A model generated the notes under the pieces. It was not told where the DNA came from, made no database searches, and saw only the letters and a list, made by a program, of their open reading frames with translations. Position numbers and translations under genes: made by a program. A stretch of 63,799 nt of DNA, filler included, from Nemertoderma westbladi (lineage: Eukaryota > Animalia > Xenacoelomorpha): the NCBI GenBank assembly GCA_032718475.1. It is 3 parts of 3 records of this genome, joined end to end, with 100 filler letters (N's around TTAATTAATTAA, not from the genome) between each part and the next. Parts side by side here need not be neighbours in the genome. Positions count along the whole stretch, not along the records: positions 49,340 to 63,799 come from JAUCBJ010004469.1; 2 more parts are not named here. One strand, written 5' to 3'. Of this stretch, positions 49,340 through 62,290 are shown piece by piece (position 1 is the first letter of the stretch; every line of letters starts with the position of its first letter).

Positions 49340-51778
49340 GTCCCGGGAAACAAACAAGCAATACTAAAGGGATCGCGACCGCTACAAACAACGGGTAAAA
49401 CATCCCCTTATTTCTGTCCCCAGTCGGATAGTAACGACGGCAGTCCGACAAAGAAACTAAAACTAGATGAAAGGGAGGGAAATTTGAAGGGAGGGAAATC
49501 CAATGTTGCCAAGAAAACAAAGCGACGGACAGAAACTCCAGACCGACGGCATGATGTGCGGTCTGCTAAAACAGCAAGGAGTATCGAAGTTGAGCTTGAT
49601 GACACAGAGAGAGATAACGAAACCAGTAGTGATTCTTCAGACTGGGAGGAAGTCGCAGATATTTACCCCTCAAATCGGCCCTCAACATCTGTAGAATTTA
49701 CAATACGGGAACCGGTTAAGAAACACAAAGAGACAACAATCGAGGACATTCTAAGGAGAGAAATTAATAAAGGGAGGAAGGGCCGTCGATTAATTGTACA
49801 TAAAGTACATCTGCTGTGTTTAGTGGCGCATGTTGTGTACCTCAGTAAGATCTGCAACAGAGATATCGTCCAAGCTATCGTACTCTCCCACTTACCGCTA
49901 AACTTATCTCGATTTGCCAAGAAATGGAGCAGCAACGATTTCTCCAGTATCCTCAATTGGTTCCATTGTTACTTTTCTGTTGTGACAACGGCATCAGCCA
50001 ATCAGATTAACGGAGGGTTTACTAAAAGACTTAGTCGGCGCAGGTTGGCCAATCATCTCGAGTTAGTTCTCGCCTTTGTCGCGCTTATGCGTTCACTCGG
50101 CGCTGTAGCGCGAATCGTAATGATTCTGAGACCCGTTACACCGAAATTAACCGCCGATCAGCTGGTTCAACCGTCCGACATGAAGCCGGTGAACCAATCG
50201 AACGACAAACTGATTGTAGAGAAGCTACCGGTAGTAACCCCGCCGCGTAGCAACCCGGTTGTCAAGGACGCCGTGATTGATAAAGAGATAGCAGACACTC
50301 TGCTTAGATACGAGTTAGGTTATAGTACTGTGACCCAGCAGGCCTCTGGTACAACAGTAGTGGCTGGGTGTACCTCTACTGTCTGCAGTGGGCGCAATCC
50401 GGTCACAGAAACTGAAAGTATTGTGAATAAATTATCAGATAGTGGCACGGAACGCAAGAGCGCTACTGCTAAGCCTGCGGTATCCAAGGGAACGGAATCT
50501 CTGGAAACTGATAAAACTAATAAGTTACGTCCGGCCTTGGATAATGAAGGCGCGAAACTTAAAAATTCTAACAAAAGTCTTGGCGATCGGTCTACTGCTA
50601 TAGATAAACGCAGTCGATACAATTCGCAGGTTACAGATAAATCGAAGACTTCTTTCAAGTCAAAGACTAAAGGAACAGCGCAATCACTTAAAGTCTCAAA
50701 ACAAGTTGAAAAGGTGTCTAGTAAAATCGGAGGAACTGATATCACTTATTGGGCTGAGTTTTATCACCAACAGACGGGTAAGTGGCTCTGCGTTGATTGT
50801 ATCAACGGTGTAGTCGCTGAGCCGGCTGCCCTCGCCGCTAATGTGGCGGCTCAGTTCGAGTACGTCCTGTCCGTGGACAACGACGGGTCTATGAAGGACG
50901 TGACCTCGCGGTACGCTGCTGATTGGTTGACGCGGGTCAGTAAGGATAGGGTTGCTAAGCAATGGTGGGCAAACACGTTGGAGCCGTACAGGAGTCTAAA
51001 CGTGTCACGCGATCAAAAGGAGTCGGACCTGCTGCAGAAGTCGCTGGAATGTAAGTCGATCCCTAAGAATGTCTCGGAGTTCAAGGACCACCCATTGTAC
51101 GTTCTAGAACGCCATTTACTTAAATTCGAGGGAATTTACCCTAAGGAAGGAACCGTTATAAAAGAGGTAACTTTCGGTGGTAAGAAGGGAGTTATAGAGA
51201 GAGTCTACCCTCGTCATTGCGTTAAAACACTCCACGCCCGTATTGAGTGGTTGAAAGAGGGTAGGTCTATTAAAGTAGGGGAAATTCCCTACAAGATCGT
51301 AAAAGGCCGTAAAACCAAGAAGAATTCGCTAACCCTATTGGATGGAGTGCCCCCTGCTCTAGAGCTGTTCGGATACTGGCAGACTGAGAAGTACGTGTCG
51401 CCCCCAGTAGTAGACGGGGTTCTACCACGGAACGAGTATGGGAATATCGAACTGTTTAAACCCTGGATGATTCCCGCGGGAGCGGTTCATCTGAGGATAA
51501 CCGGGTTGAATAAGATCGCGAGGAAGCTGGACGTAGACTGCGTGGCCGCGATAGTGGGGTGGGACTTCAAGTGCGGTTGGCCTTACCCGGTCATGGACGG
51601 GTGGGTTGTCTGTGAGGAACACAAGGTGGCGCTGTTGAACGCTCACGATGAGCAGATGGAGGTTGATGAACGTAAGCGATTGGCTGAACGAGGGAAACGG
51701 GTTCTATCCAATTGGAAGAGTTTAGTGAGAGTGGCGTTAATTAAAGTTCGTTTAGTGCAGAAGTATGGGGATTCATAG
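49340..51778 (+). CDS. XPC: DNA damage recognition protein XPC/Rad4 (5'-partial, no introns in the visible part)
   Basis: Frame open from the gap edge; HKVHLLCL, YWAEFY..WLCVD, KDVTSRYA, FKDHPLYVLERHLLKFE, PRNEYGNIELF, BHD3 GWDF..PVMDG. Confidence 0.95.
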   Translation, partial: VPGNKQAILKGSRPLQTTGKTSPYFCPQSDSNDGSPTKKLKLDEREGNLKGGKSNVAKKTKRRTETPDRRHDVRSAKTARSIEVELDDTERDNETSSDSSDWEEVADIYPSNRPSTSVEFTIREPVKKHKETTIEDILRREINKGRKGRRLIVHKVHLLCLVAHVVYLSKICNRDIVQAIVLSHLPLNLSRFAKKWSSNDFSSILNWFHCYFSVVTTASANQINGGFTKRLSRRRLANHLELVLAFVALMRSLGAVARIVMILRPVTPKLTADQLVQPSDMKPVNQSNDKLIVEKLPVVTPPRSNPVVKDAVIDKEIADTLLRYELGYSTVTQQASGTTVVAGCTSTVCSGRNPVTETESIVNKLSDSGTERKSATAKPAVSKGTESLETDKTNKLRPALDNEGAKLKNSNKSLGDRSTAIDKRSRYNSQVTDKSKTSFKSKTKGTAQSLKVSKQVEKVSSKIGGTDITYWAEFYHQQTGKWLCVDCINGVVAEPAALAANVAAQFEYVLSVDNDGSMKDVTSRYAADWLTRVSKDRVAKQWWANTLEPYRSLNVSRDQKESDLLQKSLECKSIPKNVSEFKDHPLYVLERHLLKFEGIYPKEGTVIKEVTFGGKKGVIERVYPRHCVKTLHARIEWLKEGRSIKVGEIPYKIVKGRKTKKNSLTLLDGVPPALELFGYWQTEKYVSPPVVDGVLPRNEYGNIELFKPWMIPAGAVHLRITGLNKIARKLDVDCVAAIVGWDFKCGWPYPVMDGWVVCEEHKVALLNAHDEQMEVDERKRLAERGKRVLSNWKSLVRVALIKVRLVQKYGDS

Positions 51779-52920
51779 AATAATTAATTGTTCGTAGAAG
51801 TCAACTGCGCTGTATAGTTAGTTACCAGGAATAGTTACATGTACAGTTCGCATATTACCAATTTACCAATTGGGGTGTCGTTTCAGCCTATTTTAACATA
51901 TTCACTTAATTTCGCGAATATTTAATTTCTATATTCACCAATTAAGGTACCTTTTAAAGGAAAGTAGCAGGTTACAATGGCAGGCTTTTCTAACCAAAAC
52001 AATAAACTAAATTTAGGACCACAGTTTATAGTAAAATTTTTACTTTTAGGCCTAATTTGTCAATATTAATTTAACATTAACCCTATGGGAAGGCTGAAAC
52101 GACACCCCAATTGTCTTTATGCGTACAGTTTAGTTACCTACATGGACCGATGTGCACTCCACAGTGCATAGTATTGCGAATATATTACTTTTAGCTATGG
52201 GATATGTGATTTGGGTGTCGGGCCAGGCGCCAGGGGAACTATAGATTATATACTTATATAGCTATCTATTATGGGGTGGGGAGGCAAATTAAAATGTATT
52301 TTCGTATGAGTCATGGGGAAGGGGGACTTAATGTCAAATTATAATCAAAATCACGAGTAATCAGCTGGGGGGGGGGGGGTAATTGTAAATACGCCAACAG
52401 CCCCCCCCCCCCCCCCCCCCCACATCTGCACTTTCACTGATAAGTGAAAGATAATTTTTTATTATCATTATTATCTTTTTATCAACTCATCCTCATTGGT
52501 CTGCAATATCGTATGGTACTTTTTTGTAGACCTACTTTATCTTCGTTTTGCAATTAATGTGCTATAATAATGTTTTGTAAACTATTCATTTTGGATCGTC
52601 TATTAAATCATAATAAACAACTATTATATTATTATTATCTGGTTTACTCTTACTTTAAAGAAGAGGAGGGCTGGGCGGGAAATTCTAGGAAATACAATTA
52701 TTATTGACCAAATAAGTTTATAAATGATTGATTAAAATGATTGATAAATAATATACCTGTATTAGTAAATATCGCAACGAATTAGCGAATTATAGATATT
52801 ATGGCGCCAAATTATGATGAAGTTAGAATAAAGTTTGGAATAATAAAATAAGTAGTTGTATCTATTAGCAACAATCGATATATATAAACAATGATATTTT
52901 AGAACTAAGCATATATTTAT

Positions 52921-54009
52921 TTACGCCGAACTATTAGCTGACATTAGTTTCCTATCTGATTGCACCATATCCTTAACCAACTGATGGAAAGTGAACGACG
53001 GCTTCCAGCCTAATTTACGACGAGCCTTACCAGCATCACCCTGCAGGAAATCAACTTCCGTTAACCGGAAGTACTTAGGATTCACCCTGACACGAACCGT
53101 CCCGCTCGCTTTATCAACCCCCACCTCATCTAACCCGGAGCCCCTCCAAACTACCGTGACTCCAATCTCCAAGAAACACAACTCGACAAACTCCCTAACG
53201 GAATGCGTCTCTCCGGTGGCTATAACGAAGTCCTCCGGGGTGCCCTGTTGCAGGATCAACCACATCGCGACTACGTAATCCTTAGCGTGTCCCCAATCCC
53301 TACGCGCGTCTAAATTACCCAACGATATATCGGTCTGTAGACCCAACTCGATCTTAGCCACCCCTCGTGTAATCTTACGAGTAACGAAAGTTTCCCCTCT
53401 CCGCGGACTTTCGTGGTTAAATAAAATACCATTACAAGCGAATATCCCGTAGGCCTCCCTGTAGTTCACCACGGACCAATGGGCGAAGAGTTTCGCGGTG
53501 CCGTAAGGTGAACGCGGGTAGAACGGAGTGTTCTCGTCCTGCGGAATTTCGGCTACTTTACCGTAGAGTTCCGACGTAGACGCTTGGTATACTTTCACTT
53601 TGTGTGCGAGTCCGCAAGCCCGTATCGCTTCTAGAACGTGCAGAACGCCAACAGCGTTAACAGCTGTCGTGTATTCCGCCAATTCAAAGGAAACTTTTAC
53701 GTGGCTTTGAGCCGCGAGGTTATAAAATTCATCGGGTTTTATTTCGTTTATCAGTCGCGTTAAACAATTCCCGTCGGTCACGTCTCCGTAATGGAGTTTC
53801 ATTGAGGTTCCTTCGTGCGTCGACGGATTGTCATAGAGATGGACGATTCGACCGGTGTTAAAAGAACTCGATCGTCGGATTATACCGTGTACCTTGTAGC
53901 CTTTCTCGATAAGGAGTTCGGCAAGGTACGATCCGTCCTGACCAGTTATACCGGAAATTAGAGCGACTTTGGATACACGAGACGCGTCCATATCAATATC
54001 GCTATTCAT
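52921..54009 (-). CDS. GMDS: GDP-mannose 4,6-dehydratase (intronless)
   Basis: [58 protein letters not shown]. Confidence 0.97.
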   Translation of the reverse strand: MNSDIDMDASRVSKVALISGITGQDGSYLAELLIEKGYKVHGIIRRSSSFNTGRIVHLYDNPSTHEGTSMKLHYGDVTDGNCLTRLINEIKPDEFYNLAAQSHVKVSFELAEYTTAVNAVGVLHVLEAIRACGLAHKVKVYQASTSELYGKVAEIPQDENTPFYPRSPYGTAKLFAHWSVVNYREAYGIFACNGILFNHESPRRGETFVTRKITRGVAKIELGLQTDISLGNLDARRDWGHAKDYVVAMWLILQQGTPEDFVIATGETHSVREFVELCFLEIGVTVVWRGSGLDEVGVDKASGTVRVRVNPKYFRLTEVDFLQGDAGKARRKLGWKPSFTFHQLVKDMVQSDRKLMSANSSA

Positions 54010-54329
54010 TTTCGCTTCAGGAAATTGCGGATAGGGCGTGCTTGGGTGGGTGGGAGCATCTGGAAAACACTTACCGGTAACAACGATCTGTGTCGTTCTG
54101 CTGATACCGCTGTACCGGTCAGCTGTTAGGTAATTGCTGAATTGTCATGACACACCCTGCCGGAAGTAAAGTAAAAATATAAGCAATATATTAGTGCAAT
54201 TCAGTACCCATACAGTATTAGCTTTCACTAAAAACGATTCTACAAAGTGACGTTTGTAATTAGATATTTTTTTATGTAGTGTTGTGTAAGAAGAGTGTAC
54301 CGGACCGGTAGGCCTAGTGGGTTTGTGGG

Positions 54330-54935
54330 GCGAGACACGTAGTCGGCGAGCCTTGGCATACGGTTCATATAGGGCAAATGGGGCATGTCCGTCTGTCTGT
54401 CTGTCCGTCTGTCTGTCTGGTAAATGTTTGAACGCGAATTTCTCTGCATCGCTGGTTCGGAATTGAACCAAACTTAGTAGGTAAGTAGTAGAGAGAAAGT
54501 TTAGAAAGTTTGTAAAGTTTGGTGAAAAATCATGCAGTCTGACGTCAGCTACGACAGATTATGTAGTTTTTAGAAAATGTTAAATTTCTCGGGAAGGCCT
54601 CATTTTCCTGAGCTGAAATTTTGGTGGCCTGTAGAGAATCATAAAGTCTATCTTTTACGAAATTGAAAAGTTAAGACATTTAATTGGGGATCCGCTAGAG
54701 ACTCAGAAGTAATGACATAGGCCTACCGGTACGGTACTGCTGTACAGTGCTGCACTGGTAAGTACGAAATTGCAGAATAACAATTTGACACCACCTAGCG
54801 GATTAACATATGATTGTATATCGAATGAATACATTTATAGCATGGGATATTGGGTCCAAACTAGACATGCCCCATTTGCTCTATATGAACCGTATGCCAA
54901 GGCTTGCCGACTACGTGCTGCGCGAAGTCCCCACG
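54330..54935. mobile_element. Helentron/DINE-1-like or foldback non-autonomous element
   Basis: GTAGTCGGC.AGCCTTGGCATACGGTTCATATAG.GCAAATGGGGCATGTC is inverted at 54865-54915; adjacent (GTCT)n microsatellite. Confidence 0.55.
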
Positions 54936-57900
54936 AACGTGTTGAATGTATTGTTGAAAACAAGTATTGGTCAATATTTTATAAGATTTATTATTTCCAA
55001 TTTTATTTACCGTTAAATTTATTACTTTAAAATTGTAAAAAACCTACATTTTTCACATTCAGAAGCCAATGAAATGAGATACTTGACCAATACTTTTCAC
55101 CAAAAGCCGAAGAGAAATCAAACAAAAAATTGCAATATCTGGTTAAGAAATGCGGAGGAGTATAGTAATTTAAAAATTTGCCAAATTTTAGATTTAGTGT
55201 TTTTTTTATGAAGTTTGTAACTACAGTATCTAGGCCTAATTATTAATATTAGTAAATCAAGTAATACATTTGAAAATGAAAAAAAGGCATTCCGAGGTAA
55301 TGCCTTCAAAGTTTAAACCTTCCCGCGCAAAACTGTCTATCTGTAGTCTGGTTATTTAATAATGTCTGGCACGAAGGAAGCACACCACAACGTGCTAAAA
55401 CTTGTCATTACTGTTTTGTGGATCGCTGATTTCAATTCCGTCTCAGTATTAATGTTTGGTGGAATCTAATATGTCTGTAGGTCTGTCTGTCTTGCTTTTA
55501 ACGGACCGACCCGTACTGCCGTAGACAGTCAGGCAGCGATAACTCGAAAACTAAAAGAATCTCGCTAAGCCGTTTCCAGATTTGAAATCTGAAAAAAGTC
55601 AGAACTTTTAAAAAGTAGCGTTGAGGCCCCCTCCCCCCCCCCCCCCCCCCCTAAATTTTAACATATATTACTGTATTATCCGTCAAATAAGTTTTCTCTC
55701 ATTTGTGTTGATCATAATTGATCATGGTTCAACAATTAATCTTTAGACCAACTTAAAACGGTAACTAAATGGAATCTGAGATGAGCCTCTGCTCGAACTC
55801 GAGTGTTCGTTCTAGAATGTTAGTAATCTGAGAATTTGAGCCACGAACTCTAATAATTTGTGTTCCTATACAAACTAAGCATGGACCTAGAGATATGCTG
55901 TAACTGTACACTATAGGCCTACAGATGTGGCTTAACCATAGGCCTATACATACATACAGTAGTGACCAGACAATGCTACGCTACATGATATCTTATTTAC
56001 ACAAATACACACCCCTTGTGTAAATTTGTTAACCCAAAGTAAATTTATTTCATATTGAGACAATCCAATAATACGCACCGCCGTTTGTCTCAGAACCGAT
56101 TTCCGACATTTGTCTTACGAGGGCATTTCATTTTGTGCGGTATTAATACATATCTCCACATTGGCAAACACTAGAGTGTAATGGCAAACATTGGTGATGT
56201 TGTTAGTTCCTGCAGCAACTAAAGAGGTACAAAGTTCATGTTTGCCTTTATGTAGATGTCGTATAACAACCATTAGTCACTAAATAGTAGTAATCTACTC
56301 CTAGTAGCGCAAAAGATAGGCCTACTGATGTAGTTTGACCCCGCCAAATTTGGTTAATCTTTACAAAATTTACTGTCGTGTCTGTCTACTGTACAGTACA
56401 AGTTCTCCATAAATAACATTTCAACAAAAAATCAATGTAGGGGAGACTAGACATACATCTTAGACACAATTATTAGCAACAATAAAGTAGCAGATAGGGT
56501 GGGGGGGGGGGGGGGGGGGACTTTAGACGCAAACAAATTCATCCATCTCCAGGGGATAAATCGCCGCGCACATAACAGCTGATTACTCCAAAAAATAAAA
56601 TGGTAACCTGTACTATTGACTTTAGTTAATTGGTTTGGTTAGAATAACGTGCCCCTGTAACCTGCTCCTTTGTCTAAATTGATAATTTAACATTGAGGCG
56701 AACTATTACATTACTTCGCTGAGATGGGATTTGCGTCCAGTCCCCCTTGTCTCTAAAGTAGAGTTGGCAACACTACAGTACAGTAGGCCTACTGTATATA
56801 TGTAAGTTTGCGAGGAATTATTAGTCGATCACCACACCTGATCGGTAGGATAAGGCTGAATTAGTCCAACAACGCCAACGGCGCGGCACTCAATTAATAG
56901 CCTCGACCGAGACACGCTAACTCTAAGTTCGAGAAACTCTAAGTTCGGTTCGCTTCAGAAAAAGTTGAGAATAAATTTCTATCTAGACAACGCAATAATT
57001 TTTAAATTTATTACAAACATTTTCTACGTTAAAGCTCAATTTATGTAGGGAAGGAAGACTTTATGTTTTCCACTTTACACTGATATAGTAAGTTATTAAT
57101 AATCTACCGCCTAATCTACAGTACTTTAATGAAGTTATATTGAATGGACGTAATATGCGTGTACATGTTAACATTTTTATCGTTGAGTCAGGCAGTGTCA
57201 CGCTCTCGGTTCGCGGTAAAGTTGTACTTAGTGTAATTCCGTTTTATATTAGTATTAGGTTGCGAGTGTATTTTGTGTAATATTGTTTTTATTTGTAACC
57301 AAGTAGGCTACAGGAACATATTGGGGCCCCATTGGATATACTGCAATTCCTACTGCTACAGTATAATATAATTTATTATAATACAATAATATAGGTAAGT
57401 AGTCAATATAGACGTACTAGGGGAAGATCGGGGCAAATAACAGCTGATTAATCCCAATAATAAAACTGTAACCTGTTCTATTGACTTTAGTTTATTGTTT
57501 CGGTTAGAATAACGTGCCACTGTAACCTGTTCCTTTCTATTAATTGATAATTTAACATTGAGTCGAGTTATTATTACGCGGTGATAATATCATAAATCCC
57601 TAATCCCTGAAAATCCCTAATAATATCCTTTATGTGCCTTTGTCCAATTTCCTTGATTCTCTAATACTGGATGAGCCAAATTTAAAAAATAACACATACT
57701 GCACACCTTTTTTTGAGGAGGAAATTAGATTTTGCACCACTACACTTGAATTATTTTGTTTATTTTATAGTGTCTAATATTGTAATCAAATACTTCATAA
57801 TTATACATAATAAAATAATATTTATTGTAAAATATAAAGTAAGTAATATAGTATGATATAATTAATAATTAATTATATAATTTTTTCTCTTCAATTACTA

Positions 57901-58082
57901 AAAAAACAAAAGTCCTGTTTAAATTTCATAATTATAATATTTATAAAATTACACAAAACGTTGTACAATGTAAATAACTGCACTAAGTAAATAACTGCAC
58001 TAAGTAAATAACTGCACTAAGTAAATAACATTGATGGGTGACATATTAGAGAGAAATTATCTAATATTCTGGTGTTTAATAG

Positions 58083-58275
58083 GTTGATCAGATTATTCAA
58101 CCAACCAGCGATCTGATAATAAAAGTGAAAGATTCATTCGGAAGCAAGTTTCCGACAGCAACACAAAGTGTTAGCGTTAGTAAACCGGAAGAGAAGGAGC
58201 CATCCGATGAAGACGAATCGAACGTACATGTGTTTCAATCTAACAGATTGGATCCTTTATCTGGAATAAAACCTG
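58083..58275 (+). CDS. PAXBP1: PAXBP1/GCFC-like gene, internal exon
   Basis: TAG|GTT..CCTG|GTGAGT; open frame ending LSGIKP-G, in phase with the next exon. Confidence 0.7.
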
Positions 58276-58833
58276 GTGAGTTTCTATTTCTCGGAATACC
58301 TGATTGTTTCCATTTATTACTAGCTAAAGTTATTAAGTATATGTAATATATTTTTAAGTAACCTACAAATTAACTAATGATAGTAATAGGGTTTGAATAG
58401 CGCGACCAGCAACTAACCCCAGGAAATGATTTCATTTACATTTTTTGGACCGTGCAGTATACCAGACTTTCTGCTGTTATATTTCACTTTGTAGTTTACC
58501 CCCGTGTTCAAGAATACCAGGTTTTCACTAAAATCACATGTTTCAGAAACGCTTATTCTAACCAAAACAATAAACGAATAAGTATCTATTATTATTATTA
58601 TTATTAACTATTTATATAGCGCTTTTCTACTTTGAGAGATATATACAGGTTATAAGACAGAAATAAGCGCCATAAAACACTTAATAAGGATGAATTTGGA
58701 AAAATACAAATTTAAGATTCATTATATATTCATATTATATATTCTCATTCATATTCATATTCAATCATATTAGGATAAACCCGTATTTATTTAACTGTAA
58801 CATTCACAATAAATAATGTATTACGTTTACTAG

Positions 58834-58980
58834 GAATCATTCCTGATGCGGCTACCATACATGCGGCACGGAAACGCCGACAGCAGTACCGGGACCTCGA
58901 GGGGTCGGGATTTATTCCGTTGGACCAGGGGAAACAATCGGGAGTATCCGTGGGAGCGAGGAAGGATGAGTCGCGATTGG
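58834..58980 (+). CDS. PAXBP1: PAXBP1/GCFC-like gene, internal exon
   Basis: TAG| GIIPDAATIHAARKRRQ resembles PAXBP1 GEIPDAAFIHAARKKRQ; ends SRL-G|GTGAGT. Confidence 0.85.
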
Positions 58981-61580
58981 GTGAGTTTAACCAGTACAAT
59001 ACTCCGAGATTGGGTGAGTTTAACCAGTACAATACTCCGAGATTGGATGAGTTTAACCAGTACAATACTCCGAGATTGGGTGAGTTTAACCAGTACAATA
59101 CTCCGCGATTGGGTGAGTTTAACCAGTACAATACTCCGAGATTGGGTGAGTTTAACCAGTACAATACTCCGAGATTGGATGAGTTTAACCAGTACAATAC
59201 TCCGAGATTGGGTGAGTTTAACCAGTACAATACTCCGCGATTGGGTGAGTTTATCCAGTACAATACTCCGAGATTTGGTGAGTTTAACCAGTACAATACT
59301 CCGAGATTTGGTGAGTTTAACCAGTACAAAACTCCGAGATTGGGTGAGTTTAACCAGTACAAATCTCCGAGATTGGGTGAGTTTAACCAGTACAATACTC
59401 CGAGATTGGGTGAGTTTAACCAGTACAATACTCCGAGATTGGATGAGTTTAACCAGTACAATACTCCGAGATTGGGTGAGTTTAACCAGTACAATACTCC
59501 GCGATTGGGTGAGTTTAACCAGTACAATACTCCGAGATTGGGTGAGTTTAACCAGTACAATACTCCGAGATTGGATGAGTTTAACCAGTACAATACTCCG
59601 AGATTGGGTGAGTTTAACCAGTACAATACTCCGCGATTGGGTGAGTTTATCCAGTACAATACTCCGAGATTTGGTGAGTTTAACCAGTACAATACTCCGA
59701 GATTTGGTGAGTTTAACCAGTACAAAACTCCGAGATTGGGTGAGTTTAACCAGTACAAATCTCCGAGATTGGGTGAGTTTAACCAGTACAATACTCCGAG
59801 ATTGGGTGAGTTTAACCAGTACAATACTCCGAGATTGGGTGAGTTTATCCCGTACAATACTCCGAGAATGGGTTAGTTTAACCAGTACGATACTCCGAGA
59901 TTGGGTGAGTTTAACCAGTACAATACTCCGAGATTGGGTGAGTTTATCCAGTACAATACTCCGAGATTGGGTGAGTTTAACCAGTACAAAGCTCCGAGAT
60001 TGGGTGAGTTTAACCAGTACAATACTCCGAGATTGGGTGAGTTTATCCAGTACAATACTCCGAGAATGGGTGAGTTTAACCAGTACGATACTCCGAGATT
60101 GGGTGAGTTTAAACAGTACAAAACTCCGAGATTGGGTGAGTTTAACAGGTACAATACTCATATATTGGGTGAGTTTAACCAGTACAATACTCCGAGATTG
60201 GGTGAGTTTAACCAGTACAATACTCCGAGATTGGGTGAGTTTAACCAGTACAATACTCCGAGATTGGGTGAGTTTAACCAGTACAATACTCCGAGATTGG
60301 GTGAGTTTAACCAGTACAATACTCCGAGATTGGGTGAGTTTATCCAGTACAATACTCCGAGATTTGGTGAGTTTAACCAGTACAATACTCCGAGATTTGG
60401 TGAGTTTAACCAGTACAAAACTCCGAGATTGGGTGAGTTTAACCAGTACAAATCTCCGAGATTGGGTGAGTTTAACCAGTACAATACTCCGAGATTGGGT
60501 GAGTTTAACCAGTACAATACTCCGAGATTGGGAGAGTTTATCCCGTACAATACTCCGAGAATGGGTGAGTTTAACCAGTACAATACTCCGAGATTGGGTG
60601 AGTTTATCCAGTACAATACTCCGAGATTGGGTGAGTTTAACCAGTACAAAGCTCCGAGATTGGGTGAGTTTAACCAGTACGATACTCCGAGATTGGGTGA
60701 GTTTAACCAGTACAATACTCCGAGATTGGGTGAGTTTATCCAGTACAATACTCCGAGATTGGGTGAGTTTAACCAGTACAAAGCTCCGAGATTGGGTGAG
60801 TTTAACCAGTACGATACTCCGAGATTGGGTGAGTTTAACCAGTACAATACTCCGAGATTGGGTGAGTTTATCCAGTACAATACTCCGAGATTTGGTTAGT
60901 TTAACCAGTACGATACTCCGAAGTTGGGTGAGTTTAACCAGTACAAAGATTGGGTGAGTTTAACCAGTACAAAGATTGGGTGAGTTTAACCAGTACAAAG
61001 CTCCGAGATTGGGTGAGTTTAACCAGTACAATACTCCGAGATTGGGTGAGTTTAACCAGTACAATACTCCGAGATTGGGTGAGTTTAACCAGTACAATAC
61101 TCCGAGATTGGGTGAGTTTAACCAGTACAAATCTCCGAGATTGGGTGAGTTTAACCAGTACAATACTCCGAAATTGGGTGAGTTTATCCAGTACAATACT
61201 CCGAGAATGGGTGAGTTTAACCAGTACGATACTCCGAGATTGGGTGAGTTTAAACAGTACAAAACTCCGAGATTGGGTGAGTTTAACCAGTACAATACTC
61301 ATATATTGGGTCAGTTTGACCAGTACAATACTCCGAGATTGGGTGAGTTTAACCAGTACAATACTCCGAGATTGGGTGAGTTTAACCAGTGCAATACTCC
61401 GAGATTGGGTGAGTTTAACCAGTACAATACTCCGAGATTGGATGGGTTTAACCAGTACAGTACTCAGATATTGGGTGAGTTTAACCAGTACGATACTACG
61501 AGATTTGATGAGTTTAACCAGTACAATACTCCGCGATTGGGTGAGTTTAACCAGTACAATACTCCGAGATTGGATGAGTT
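58972..61580 (+). repeat. 33-bp minisatellite, ~79 copies, containing the exon/intron donor junction
   Basis: Unit CGAGATTGG|GTGAGTTTAACCAGTACAATACTC; 12-unit (396 bp) higher-order repeat. Confidence 0.97.
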
Positions 61581-61631
61581 AAAATTTAAAATTTCTAGCT
61601 AGTAAAAAATACTAGCTACCACAAAAAATAA

Positions 61632-62290
61632 TTAAAAATAAAATGGTATTTCGGCATCCTTTGGGTTGTCAACAGCGCGGAGGATCCTAGTTGTTGACGC
61701 ATATTTGGATAGGCCCGACCAGAGTTTCCAGTAAAACCCCCGTACTTTAATAATGTGCTCTAGAGATTGAAGCGACTCTGCATACTCGTTAACAAATAGT
61801 GCTGCCCCGTGAGATACTGCCGGGAATATAGCCCCCGACCAAAGTTTTGTAGCAGTGTCCATTGAGGTGAGCAATAGATTTACTTTGCTAGACAGACGTA
61901 GACAAGCAGCGATACCGCGCTTGTAGAGGTAATCGTAGTGACACGACGCTGAGTTTTTAGTCGAAAGTGTTACTCCAAAATAGTTAAAATTGCTGACAAA
62001 CTCGATTTGTTGTTTGTCATAAAACAGCTTATCGGAAAACGCGAATCTTCCACCTCTGCGAAATTTTATCGCTTTTATCTTGGTAAGATTAACCGTTAAA
62101 CCGTTTTTATCACAATGTTTTCAGTTTATCCAGAGCTGTATTTCATGAATTGAATGCCCAAAAATAGCAAGGTCATCTGCGTACATTAGGAGTCCGATTC
62201 CAATTAGAGCGACTGGGAGGTCGGCGACAAAGAGGCTGAAGAGCAAGGGAGAGAGTTTATCGCCTTGGATTACTCCAACCATTTGTTCTA
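61632..62290 (-). pseudogene. LINE RT C-terminal fragment
   Basis: GVIQGDKLSPLLFSLFVADL, LMYADD, KLWSGLSKYASTTRIL, homologous to 19265-20090. Confidence 0.8.

Noticed and set aside
52921-54009. Bacterial contamination or HGT origin of GMDS
   Set aside because: Contiguous with XPC and host repeat families, no operon context; sequence compatible with animal GMDS (phylogeny not run)
58787-61602. Long repetitive ORFs on both strands (up to 703 aa)
   Set aside because: By-products of a stop-poor 33-bp repeat; only the frame continuing the PAXBP1 exon has any rationale
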